Shown here: positions 1 to 12,829 of the stretch, piece by piece | Layout: every line of letters starts with the position of its first letter | Position numbering within the stretch: the stretch's first letter is position 1 | DNA from: Octopus sinensis | Lineage: Eukaryota | Direction: 5' to 3' | DNA: 64,000 nt | NCBI RefSeq assembly: GCF_006345805.1 | Contig: NW_021836128.1 | Coordinates: 62,001-126,000, forward strand | Position numbers and translations under genes: made by a program | Notes under the pieces: model-generated | The model's database searches: none | Seen by the model: only the letters and a program-made list of their open reading frames with translations | Told to the model about the DNA's origin: nothing

Positions 1-174
1 ATATTGAGCAATAAACGTAACAAGCTTGATATTTGCTCGCGAAGAGATGTCAGATTATTTTTAACACGCTTGGACCCTGATATTCAGGAACTAATTAAAA
101 TGCAGGGATCATTTTTTTAATTTAAATATATGTACAATATAATTAATAGAGAATTAATGTCGTGAACTTGAGGG

Positions 175-690
175 TTAGTCCGACGACGAAGCACTGCGGA
201 TAGAGAGGCAGTTCCCGCGAAGAATTGCAACCGAGATGCGCTGGAAAAGCCAGCTCGTCTCCCTCCGGTCATTTGTATTCTGTGAGATTCTTCCTCCCAC
301 AACCCGTAACAGATTTTCTACCTTCTTTCCAACCACACCGGAGGTCTCAAAGGCTAGGGGGACAAACTCAACGACGTTCGGAAGCACAGCGTACTTCGTC
401 AACTTCCTTTCTTCTGCCAGCGCACATGCGTAGCCTGGTGTACTGGCTGTTCCTGTGAGCACAGTATCTGAAAAGGAGTCGACGCAAGTTACATCCCAAA
501 CAAGAGACCTTCCTCCTCTAAAGGGGAATATAGTCATCCCGTCAGGACGCTTTCCGTCACTGCGGCAGAGCCCAATAGGTTCAAGGGTCGATGGGAATCC
601 CGCAGAGTCCAAAGCCCTTTTCACCACTTCATTGAGGAGGACGTGGCGGGGAAATCGGCCAGCACTCCTCCTACAGGACAATGCACCCGG
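175..690 (-). mobile_element. CRE-clade non-LTR retrotransposon, zinc-knuckle tail plus restriction-like endonuclease (RLE) domain, 5'-truncated
   Basis: LSCRRSAGRFPRHxxLN...EPIGLCRSDGKRPDG...LVWDVTCVD...F.PLAFETSG...QRISVAILRGN. Confidence 0.85.
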
Positions 691-693
691 ATT

Positions 694-793
694 AAAAACG
701 GTCAAAAATCCGTCGCGATATTCCGTGAAAGATTTGAACAACATTGCCATAAAAGTGGACTTTAATGCTCATATTTAGATTCTAATATCGTCC

Positions 794-794
<1 letters not shown>
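694..794 (+). pseudogene. HIPK: Duplicated HIPK fragment with a retained 24-nt intron
   Basis: Near-identical to 6217-6318. Contains the intron gtggactttaatgctcatatttag at 755-778. Confidence 0.85.
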
Positions 795-824
<30 letters not shown>

Positions 825-1353
825 AATGCATGAAAACCAAGGCTCTCATTAAATAGTTAAAAAAAGATTTTAAGTCAATAAAATTAATTAAAAAATTAAA
901 TAAGTCTTTGTTTCTTTGGTACACGAAATAACTTGGTTTGGTACATTGACGTTTTTTTTTGGTACACCAAAAAAAGGTTGAGAATCACTGCTATAAAATT
1001 TAGTAATGCCGTGAAAATAAAACTAAAAGATTTCAATCGTTTTGGATAAAATTTATTCAGTAGTTTGGTGAATACTATTATGATTATTTTTCAATAAATA
1101 ATAATTTCGCATCAATTAGTAGAAATTAAATTATCTCTAATCGATGAACATTTTGAGGGATTTTAATTAGAAAAAAAGCACGTTATAATTTGTTTAATTA
1201 TAATTTTATTATCAACTCAAATTTCATGGACCCGCTTTTATCATCAAAAAATAGAAGGAAAATCAAAAAGACTTAATAGTCCATCCCGTGTTTAATTTTT
1301 CCTGTTTTTACCTTAGTCTCGATGTTAAAAAATTAAAAAAATCAACTAATTAA

Positions 1354-2188
1354 TTAATAATCAATTATGATTTCATTATTTTGTGACAGGTTGTGTTTTA
1401 TATGCTGCCCGATAACGTCAATTGAATCTAATAAATGCCTAAAATGTACATCAACTTTCAATCCTGTTGTTGGACTGAATTATGAGATTGCCTTGGATTC
1501 GGTCTATCAATTATACAAACACTCTAACAGGGGCGCAGAACCGATCAAAGTTGGGCTTGACAAACCGCTCATAGACCTTTAAAAATTCCATCAATGTCCC
1601 TCCCACGTGACTGCATGTCTCTCCGAACTGTCAAAATTATATACGAACATTAACTTCTACGAATAAGCCTAGTTTCTGCATCACATTTGATGAATAATTT
1701 AAGATCGCACATTTCACTGATTGTTTTGTTATGAAATGTCAGGATTCCTTCGATGATGATCACCCTCGACGGCGGGATTTCCTTGACTTTGTCCTTGACT
1801 CTAACACAGTCGAATTCTAGCACCAACCTACTGTGGGTCTTGTAGTCGTACACTGGGATTTCGACGGGCTTAAACTGCATCACATCATTTAGTTTCTCGA
1901 TGGCCAAATCCATGTCAAATGCTTCTATTTGTAAGTGGGACAAAGTGACCTGGATTGTCAAAGTCGTAGTCACCGTTGTACGCTGCGGTTAATTCCTCGG
2001 GGTTGAGTTCCTTGTAGAAGCTGTCGAGAGTGAATATTTGGATGTCGTTCAAGTTATATTGAGAGGCAATTTTTTCTGTTAATAAGTTGCAGAAGTATGT
2101 CTGTTGGTTGGAAATATGTTAACTGTACTTTTCCAGAGGCACTACCTCCTGCCACACCGATTATGAATGGCGGCGGAACAGTCCTCAT
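1354..2188 (-). CDS. UCK: Uridine-cytidine kinase with about six 25-28 nt introns and at least one apparent frameshift
   Basis: Manually spliced: MRTVPPPFIIGVAGGSASGK|TYFC...LDSFYKEL...DFDNP|EAFDMDL...PVYDYKTHSR|...VIIIEGILTF...TRLIRR|...YERFVKPNFDRFCAP|...IDVIGQHI. P-loop and UCK motifs are present. Confidence 0.85.
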
Positions 2189-2418
2189 GTTGCTATATTT
2201 AACAAATGAGTTAATTCTTTTATTTCTATTTTAGGTTAGCCAATAAATAATTAAAACTTAATTAAACAATTACATATTAAATAACAAATTTTATCACAAA
2301 AAATGACCTTATAAAATGGATTTTAAATGCCATTTATCCTATTAGATTAGTTTTTTATTTATAAATGTTATCATTATAAAGATTTTATTTTTTATAGCGG
2401 CAAATCTTAATTTCTAGC

Positions 2419-2618
2419 GTGATATTTAGCATGAATGATTATTTTGTTGCAATGACTTCTTACAAGGGTTTTGTAAAAGATTGCGTTGAATATCAAATTT
2501 TAAAAGATGCTTTACATGATAAATTTCCCGAAAATCTTCCAAGGCACCGAAAATATAGACTTATAAAGAAGATGGAGAATTTCACCATTATCAGTGACAG
2601 GTACTGTAAATTTTTTTG

Positions 2619-2664
<46 letters not shown>

Positions 2665-3660
2665 GAAAAAAGAAAATGAGAGAACAAGTATCCGAACTAA
2701 TTAAGAAGATCATTGTCTCCAGAAACCCTTTCCATTGAAGATCCAACAGGGAATGTGCACAAGTCTGAGTCGTCGCCGTTATGTTCGGAAAGGGGAGTAG
2801 AAACCGACTCCGTTACAACAGACATATGCATACATCTGAAGGAAATCCTTAGATTAGGCGATTCTGGTGGCCGACGCAACACACTAATAGAAACCAACGT
2901 GCGCAAAACGCGTGCTAAAAAACTGTAAATTTGCAATAAATTTACAGACTTTATCTTAAATCTAGTGATCCCAAGTTAGTCATATCCCTCGATAATGAAA
3001 CCGAAATGGAGCTTGTGGCGAAATCATTACATGAGTTTTCACACGGAGGAGTAAATAAAATTGAATATGAATGTCGACAAAGATATTTCACTGTCAAGAA
3101 TGACATTATCAGAAAAGTCATTCGAAATTGTGAAGTTTGCAAATTTTCGCGTCCTTTAAAAGTTCAAGATTTTTTTTAATTGTAGATTGGAGATATAAAT
3201 CACCATGTGTTTGCTTCTTGTCCAAATGAACGTTTTCAAATAGACATAATAGATCTGAAAAGATTTTCAACACTAAACGAAAATTTCAAATGGATTTTAA
3301 CGGTCATTGACATTTATAGTAGGTTGGTTTCTTAAATTTTTTATAGATTTGCATTTGCACGACCACTTTATAATAAGTCTGGTAAAGAAGTGTGTCAAAA
3401 CTTGAGATCTTTGTTTCGCTTAAATGGACCATGCAAATTTCTTCAATCAGACAATGGGTCTGAATTCAAAAATCAAGAAATAACACAACTATGCGTTGAT
3501 TTTAACATCAAACAAATCCACGGAAGGCCCAATAATCCTCGGGCTCAAGGAATTGTCGAAAGATTCAATCAAACGATAACCAGGAAGTTGTAAAAAATGA
3601 TGGATAACAGTGAAAAAAAGTGGGTTGATAAATTAGAAAATGCTGTGTACAGTTATAAGT
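2419..3660 (+). mobile_element. Ginger-type DDE integrase/transposase copy 1 with three tiny introns, carrying an in-frame stop
   Basis: HHCC region (HEFSHGG...CEVC) and rve core QIDIID...QSDNGSEF...QGIVERFNQT. Introns at 2601-2947 (28 nt once the insert is removed), 3162-3185 and 3323-3346. Confidence 0.8.
2614..2921. mobile_element. LINE-like fragment inserted in the Ginger intron, with poly(T) at the left end, a short A-run at the right end and an 11-bp TSD
   Basis: actgtaaattt at 2603-2613 and 2922-2932. T-run at 2623-2660. The plus strand reads SPLCSERGVETDSVTTDIC, a weak RT C-terminal zinc-finger-like motif. Confidence 0.65.
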
Positions 3661-3751
3661 TATAACTGTTATGTCTAAGTTATGTCTTAGATATTTTAAG
3701 TGATGAGTGTGTGACTTTGAAAGAAATGGATGATTTGGTTAATTGTTCGAT

Positions 3752-3947
3752 TCCAGAATCTATTGAGATCATGCGGCCAAGCTTTTTTAGAAAGGAAAGA
3801 GACTTTTCGCCGATGACCCCGGAAGTCTCGACGGCGATGGGAGTGAACAGAATCGACCCCCGAGAGGTCAATCGGCTTTTTGAGCGCGTCTCAATAGCCG
3901 TACTCAGGGGGAACAGTTTCTCTATTCTCTCTGCGGCTAGTAGCTGA
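3752..3947 (+). mobile_element. CRE-clade RLE 3' end with an inverted 5' portion
   Basis: 3752-3854 (minus) reads LFTPIAVETSGVIGEKSLSFLKKLGRMISIDSG. 3855-3947 (plus) reads DPREVNRLFERVSIAVLRGNSFSILSAASS*. The two halves are contiguous in the protein. Confidence 0.8.
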
Positions 3948-5199
3948 CTTCCTGTTCCATTTTCTTTTCTTTTATCAGCACCATCAACTAATTGTAACTA
4001 TTGCTTAAATTGATGAATTTTGCGAGATTACAGACTAAATTACTAGTGAACCGATTAAAGAAAAAACAGAGAACGATCAGATCCCGGTCAAAAAATAGCT
4101 TGCGCGTTTCCGCGCATGATTGTAACAGAGATCCTCTGTCTTAGCCAAGAAGATTCGCTTGCATTCATGTTTCTCCGCGCGATAAGGAGGCAGACGTGTT
4201 TTAAGAACTTGGATGTTTGCGGGACGAAGGCTGGGGAGGTCTCGAATGCCAAAGGGACAATTACTAGTTGGATTTGGATTGTTGAAATAGTTATTTAAAG
4301 AACAAATGAATAAAACAATTATTTTTAAAGTGTTATTTTGTATTCGTGTACTTAGTAAAACTTCCTTTGCACCTTCTGTAAAAGCATAAATTCACATAAT
4401 TATTATTATCAATTTAAATTATTTTAACTATGAGTCATTGAATATATTGTTAACATTGAATACTCATTAACATAATATTCATTTTTACATTTTTTATTAA
4501 CTATTGAAATTTAAAAGCATGCCATTATTAAATAATAAATTATTGTTAGAACATTAAATACATTTTTGACCCACAAATGGCTCTGTAAATTTGCTGAATT
4601 ATAACAGCATTAATTAAGCAAAAAATTTAAACCCACTTCGGAGTTGTCAAGATAACAAAAACTACAATAATGGAATGATTCGCCAACATCGATTGCAATT
4701 CGAAATTCCTAAGCCACTGAAATAGTCATTAATTGCTGATCAATTCTAAATTCTGATAGATAGAAAACATATCGGAGTGAATGATTCAGGTATTCAAAAT
4801 ATAATTTACGCATTGAATTATTTTGTTTTATTTAATTACAAAATTGGCGCCATTTAGCATTTTTATTTTTATCGTTTAAATATAAATACTTTATCACGGT
4901 AAAAGCCATTAAAATAATCTTTGGAATGTATTCTCATCTTCACCTACAGTTTGAATAAATTAGTAAAAAAGAACAAATCCACAAAGTAAGACAAGACCAA
5001 CTCGGGATATCTTCTAACCATCAAAGGTATTTATTCAGCATTAAATTGACTAAAATAAAAATCAGAATTTTCAATATGCTAAATGACATTTACAAACTTT
5101 CCTTATCGATTAAGGAATCTCTAAAGCCTTAATTCGATTAATATTTATGGCCAAATTTGTTCTAGTCTATTGGGGAAGGCAGACCACTCTACCAAATGT

Positions 5200-6500
<1,301 letters not shown>

Positions 6501-8199
6501 GAGTGGATAGGGTGGCCTATAATGTTCGAATAATGTACTCCTCCTATTCCTGGAAATATTTTCATGTCCCTCTACACTTTTATTTACTCCCCACTCAGTC
6601 TTCAAAAAGGAGTGTACCTTTCCTTTCAGTTTTATTGGTCGTTATAATCTTATCAGATCGTCAAATGAGCCTCAGTAGATGTGTTTCCGGCTGTGAGGTA
6701 GTTTGGTGTGTGTATTGGGTGTAGTGGAGAGTGGAGGTGCTAAGAAAATGTGTTATCATTCAAATTTTAAAGATTTGAATTTAAAGTTTGGTTTGTTTCT
6801 TTCATATTTAAGCGTTTCATCTTGCTCCGACACCCTTGATTTTTTGTATTTTTTGAAATTTTCTTAAAAAATGTTTGATGTTGAAATATATTTTTAATGA
6901 GGAAATTGTAATTTTTTGAGTTGGGACCACTATAATGTGACACCAGATAAAGCACGTTAATTATTTACTCGGCGATTAATTTTATATAATTCCGATGCCT
7001 ATTAACCGGATTAATTAGGGAACCCGATTAACATTTTTATGTAATGATCATAACGTGTTTTATTAATATAATTCACATGATTTATCTCTATGCAATTCTC
7101 TCCCTAAAATCAGTTTCTCCTAACTTGATGATTGTCCTGAGTCAATCTTCTCTCCCTTTTCTCACAATGGAAGACAAATTACTCATTATTGAGTTTCTAT
7201 GTGAGCATTGTGAGTATTATGTGACTCATCGGCTGATTCCTGCTATACCGAGTGTCGAGAATGTGGAAAGTTTTGTTTCTTTTAGAATTTATTGGCAGAG
7301 CTAACAATCTGATGATTGTCACTAATGTTGTGCTGCATTCAACCCGAATGTGTTTCCAGTTTGCCTGATTCTGCCCAGTTTGGGTTGGTTCTGCCTGCAG
7401 GAGTTTTATGGTATGAATTGAGTTCTCAGATGTAGATTGTGGGGTTCATGATTTGATTTGAAAGAATCTTTACTGGGGAGGGATAGAAGTGGAGGAAGTA
7501 ACTATATGGCCAGGAAGTTGTGATGTAAGCACATTCTTTTATTTGTAGTCGTTCGAATTTCGGATGAGTGTATATTCGACCAAACTACAACTTTAACGAC
7601 TAATTGAGTGTCTAAATGTCGAAATTGAGTGTGAGAGGAGTTTGGTTGATCTTCTGGGCAAAAATTCGGATATTCTCGTGCTTTCTCCGTAACTGAGACC
7701 CTGACAGAAGAGGGTTCAAACATGTCCAAAAAACTTAGTTTATTCCAAACGAAAAAGGTATTTTGTCGAAATTAATATTCCAGCTAATGATACAAGCAGA
7801 TCGGCTATTTCTATAAAAATAAATCCTAAAAAACCAAAGGATGATGTTGGATTTTGGAGAACTAATTTAGATTCGAGTTATGATTGGAGAGGAGTGTAGA
7901 AGAGGTGGTGGATGGTGTTGGATTGGTTGTTGTAAACATCCTCGATCACGTCTTTTTCATACAATCGGATTGTCGGTACTTTCTCGGAAGGTGGAGGAAA
8001 TTAAGAACCGATCGAAGAACGGGGTCTAATCCGAGGTGAGAATATTAGTGATGAAGACTATAATAATGTAAAGTGTTGTGAAGTCATGATAACAAATGAA
8101 AATTGTGTCTGTCTTGAATGAACTGGAGAGGTCGGATAATAATTTGCAACGACTGTATTCCCCGATTAGTGTGTCGAATGGATAACAGAACATGGTATA

Positions 8200-9653
8200 C
8201 AGTGCTGGTAGAAAAAAAACCGGTTTTTGCAGTTACTAACTTTTTTGGCAGATAGCATTTTATTTTTTTTAACTGAATCGAACTCTTTGTAGTTGATTAG
8301 ATTTATATTTTTTTTATTTATAAAAAATTTCATTAATCGTTTACAATTCGGATGATTTAAATTTTAGCGTGTGAATAAAAACCGGTTTTCATTATTGAGT
8401 GATATTTTAGTAGTTGAATTTTTAGTTTTATAAGCAAATGTTAATAAAATAATTAAAGGGAAGATTCTTGCTCTTTATGAGTTAAATTGACGATAAAAGA
8501 TATTGCAGATCATCTAAATACTCCAAAATCGACAATCGGAGATTTTCTTCGAAAATTCAAAAAATATGGAACTATTGATAGGATTCCTGGTTCTGGGCGT
8601 CCTAAAAAGCTTCAAAAAACAGAAGTTGAAATTTTATTGCATCTTGTTGAGTGCGATCCAAAAAAATCTTCTAACACGTTGAGGAATGAAATAAACCATT
8701 TAACTGGTAAGAGTGTCTGTAGAAAGACAATTGGAAATTACTTAAATTCCAATTTTCTCTTCGGAAGAGTATGTCAACGCAAACCGTTGCTTTCGAAGAA
8801 AAACATAATAAAAAGATATGAGTTGTCAAAAATTTTTATTCGGATGAACAATGACGCATGGAAAACTATTATTTTCTCTGATGAAGCATCTTTTCAGATT
8901 TTTCCTACTAAAAAAAGGCAATACAGTTATCGAAAAAATGTTCACGTTATGAATTGAGCCATACTACGCCGACAGTAAAATTTGGTGGAGGCAGTGTTAT
9001 GGTTTGGGCTGGTATCTCCTATCAAGGAGTGGGCAATTTAGTTTTTGTTAATGGAACCCTCAATTCCGCTAAATATATAATGTTTTAACGAATAATTTGT
9101 TCGTTTCGGCGCGAAAAATGAAACTAAATCGGTTCACTTTCCAACAAGATTTGGCTCCCTGCCATCAATCTGCATTGACAACCAAGTTTTTTGAAGAAAA
9201 TAAAATTCCAATTCTTGATTGGGCTCCGCAATCTCCAGACATGAACCCAATGGAACATGTTTGGAGCATGATGAAGCAGAAGTATTCTTTAGATCCTGCA
9301 AAAAATAAACTGGATCTGGAAGTCAAATTACAAAAATTTGGAACGAATTGCCGTCTGAAAGTATTCAGAAGTTAATTGATAGCATGCCTAAAAGGTCATA
9401 CGAGCTATTTATTAATCGAGGATACCACACAACATATTAACTGTTGATTTTGTTAACTCTTTTGTTAAAACCGGTTTTTTTATTCACATGCAAAAATTTA
9501 AATTTTTAAAATTTCGGCCGATTATTAAATTTTTTAAAAGTAAAAAAGATTATATATATAATCAGCTTCAAACTCTTTATTCATTTAGAAAATTAATAGC
9601 TATCCGCCAAAAAAGTTAGTAACTGCAAAACCGGTTTTTTTCTACCAGCACTG
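8200..9653 (+). mobile_element. Tc1/mariner (DD34E) element, full-length but frameshifted
   Basis: TIR cagtgctggtagaaaaaaaaccggttt..., imperfect over about 190 bp with a repeated aaaaccggtttt motif. TA TSD. Motifs GRPKKL, IIFSDEASF, FQQDLAPCH, SPDMNPMEHVW. Confidence 0.92.
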
Positions 9654-10729
9654 TATATCCACATTGGTTTATCAATAACTATATGTATGTATATCTTAAT
9701 TGACTGTCGTAGTTTGAATAGTATTCTTGACATTCGTCTCAAAGTATTGGAATCCCTGCGACTCCGTATTGTCCGTCAGTTTGAAATGAATTCGATTCTG
9801 TTCGTTCTGATTTTAGCACTTCCTCACCACTCAGTTTATATTTGTATAAAATATTCAGTCTCGGTTTTCGATTCAAATTTGAGTTCGTTTACTAATTTGC
9901 TTAATTCATATCGAGAAAGTGAAACTAATAACTACTTTGATGTCGGCAGTGATGGTTCTTATACTCTGTCTAGAAAGGTACATCATTTGTGAGATTGGAT
10001 AAATAGATCTCTTCTCTTTGGTTTCCAGATACTGCAGATTCGTTTTCGTTAAAACTGTCCAATAAGAAGCCACTTTTATATTCATCAGATGACGCGGAGA
10101 CATTTACGACGTTGACTAATAAACAGGGAATTTTTAATCTGCCTTCAAATTTACATCGAAGGTGATTGTTGTTTTTAGTCTTGGAAGACTGGGTCGTCGT
10201 GGAAGACTGTCTAAGGTGATATCGGGGTATTTGTATGATGACATCTGCGATGATTTAAAATCCTGGTCTTCTGACACTAAAACCGTCATTCGGGATCGGT
10301 TGGAAGTATAGAACAATGTTTCATTCGGCAACCATTACTGAAATAACGGACATGAAAGATGTTGATGATTTGCACAGGACGTTCACCATTACTCGAGTTT
10401 TTAAAAATAATGAAATTCAGAAGGGTAAAAATTAGTAAATTTATCCATATAGGGCACATCAAGAACAATGTTGAGACATTTACTGTAATTTGATGGTTAA
10501 TCACAAATATAGGAATCCGCTAAAAATAAATATGCACTTCCTCTGTGGCTGATCAGAGTATTTTGTGAATCGTTTGATTTTCGTTTTTACGATCTTTAGT
10601 TATAATCAACGAAAGGCCACTCAGCCACTCCCTCCTCTGACATTCAAGACAACGGAAGGTATGTCCACTTGTATTATTTTAGGGATTTTGGACGTTTCCC
10701 TCGACACGGAAAAACAGGGTGTAGTTTAA

Positions 10730-12250
10730 TGGATAACTCGAGTGGACCGACGGTGTCTGGTTTGTCTATTTTGTGAGCCTGTAGATTCCTCGTCATCAGA
10801 GCCACAAAAGATAAAAGTATTTAAAGGATAGGATGGGGTTACCTACGTTCGAGGTTTGAAGGCAGGACAGAGGTTGGTGCAGATGGAGGATTCCGTTTGG
10901 TTTCTTCCAATTCCACCAATTCAGCCCAGCATATTCTGGAATGTCATCGAGGGTGTCAATCATTCTATTATAAAAACAGAGAACTGGAAAAATATTTTTC
11001 CAGCCAGTTCGAGGCCCTCCACTCCAAACTCAGCAAAGTGCACCCGCAGACCCCGCCACTCCCCCCAAAAAGTGATAGGGAAACTGGATGCCCAATTTGT
11101 GCAGAAAAGACTGGGGGATTTGCATGTATGAGTGATGAGGTGATGCAATTATTCCTCAATGGAGTGTTGGAGGACAAACTGCTCTCCCGCTATTGGGTTG
11201 TCCGGGAGTTCTTGGAGACGTACGAGAAGAGTCGAAACATCTCACCCCAGACCTCCACTCCGAAAATGCCTTTATCTTCTTCCACAGCGACAACAACTGG
11301 ACTGTCCATCGTCTCCTGGCAGACATTGGTTGGCGGGGGTCCAAAAACTACTTTGTTGTGTCGAAGGTCTCCCACTGCAAGACCAACTACCTGCTGTCCT
11401 TCGTACTCCCCCCTCGCCACCCAGACCGAGTACTCCCCCACAGTCCCCAACCACTGTCGAAGCCGTCCTCACTCAAAAGTTCCAGGTGTGTGCCAATTGT
11501 GACCACCAGTGCCAGTTCATCGTCCCCGTCGAGTCCTCCCATTTTGCAGTGTCGGGGATGTACTCCACACACGTCTTCCTCCCCAACGGGTCAGTCCGGG
11601 ATTGGCTAGAACAAGATGAACGCCTTCTTCATCCGCAAAATGAGTGGACCGAACACTCCTCTCCCGTCCTCGGGTATCAACACGTTGGGTCTCCACATCC
11701 TCCGTGCCCTCGAGTACTTGCACGCCCACGGACTGTTCCATGGCAATGTCCACCTCGGAAATGTCTTCTTCATCAACGGCTTCTTCAAACTGGCCGAAAC
11801 AGAAAGTTCCCTTCTGGGTGTCTCGTCTTTTCATCGACCTCTGGCGTGGATCACGGCAGTATTAAGGTTGGTGGGAGTGTCGAGGTAGTCCGCCACCGCA
11901 TTCGACGTTTATTTGTACGCACACATGCTCTACGAGGAAACATTCGTCGCATTCTCATGGAAACATTCGTCGACGTTGAGTCAGTCCACTTCAAAGAGCA
12001 GGACTTGGGTAGACATGCCACTCAGTTCTAGTGCTCGTCCTCTCCGCCGTCCTGGGAAAGCAGACACTCAAGTCGGGCATTCCGTCATTCCAAAACTTGT
12101 TCAAATTCAAGTAGTGTGCGTTCTCACCCCACAGATACTACCGAAATGTGTCCGACGAGTATGTCTCGGCCAGTTGTTGTACTACGAACGACTCAGTTTA
12201 ACCCGATTGAGTCTGAATTGTCGCATTCGTAGGAATATCGAGCTTGTAAT
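10730..12250 (+). CDS. PXK: PX-domain-containing protein kinase-like pseudokinase, with tiny introns and multiple frameshifts
   Basis: PX part (FEALHSKL...PPLPPK/KVIGKLDAQFVQKRL...REFLE), then IGWRGSKNYF, ILRALEYLHAHGLFHGNVHLGNV...SLLGVSSFHR, FDVYLYAHMLYE, matching recalled PXK motifs. Confidence 0.8.
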
Positions 12251-12829
12251 GATCAGAGGACAATTGGTGTCCCACGATTAGAAGGGAATATACTGCGCGT
12301 GCTGAATTCTCCGTATTTTGCGGCCAAGCATTGATCAACCTTGTGTGTTGATGGATGAAATAATTCCCGACAATCTTTTTAATAGTCCCATCGGGGTGTT
12401 TAGTGAGCAAATTGCAAGTATAATATATATAATTATCAAGTCCTCCCACCCGAACAGCTCTATTGCCTGGCAGAATATGCTTATCCCCTCCCTGCCTATT
12501 TGGGAGACAAATCTCAAAATCACTTCTTCCTATTCTTCCTCCTTCAACACACCCCGCAAGGACCGACCAACGTTTTGTCAGTTTTCCCTTCCAGTACTGG
12601 TGCCGATTGGGTGTGGAGACTGGCGGCCATTTCCTCATTGATGGAGGGAAGTATAGCCAAATTCGTCATTGGGGGGAATAATTATTTGTGACGGGAAATT
12701 GTAGTTGCATTGAAATTGACATTTCAGTTGTCCACACTTTCTCTAATGGCCAGGGAAACCAAATTGAGAGAACACATGGCCCGCATTTGGAGTGGGGTGA
12801 TCAATGTGATTACTCGGTTGATGAATTTA

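Larger units (their letters stand above)
105..818. mobile_element. Composite retro-insertion: inverted CRE 3' end + HIPK fragment + poly(A), flanked by a 12-bp TSD
   Basis: aattaaaatgca at 93-104 and 819-830. A-run at 795-820. Confidence 0.8.
1..990 (+). mobile_element. 3' remnant of a hAT (Buster/Charlie-like) DNA transposon, interrupted by the 105-818 insertion
   Basis: Removing 105-818 and one TSD copy gives ...NKRNKLDICSRRDVRLFLTRLDPDIQELIKMHENQGSH*, a typical Buster-type C-terminus. The terminus ggttgagaatcactg ends at 990. Confidence 0.7.
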
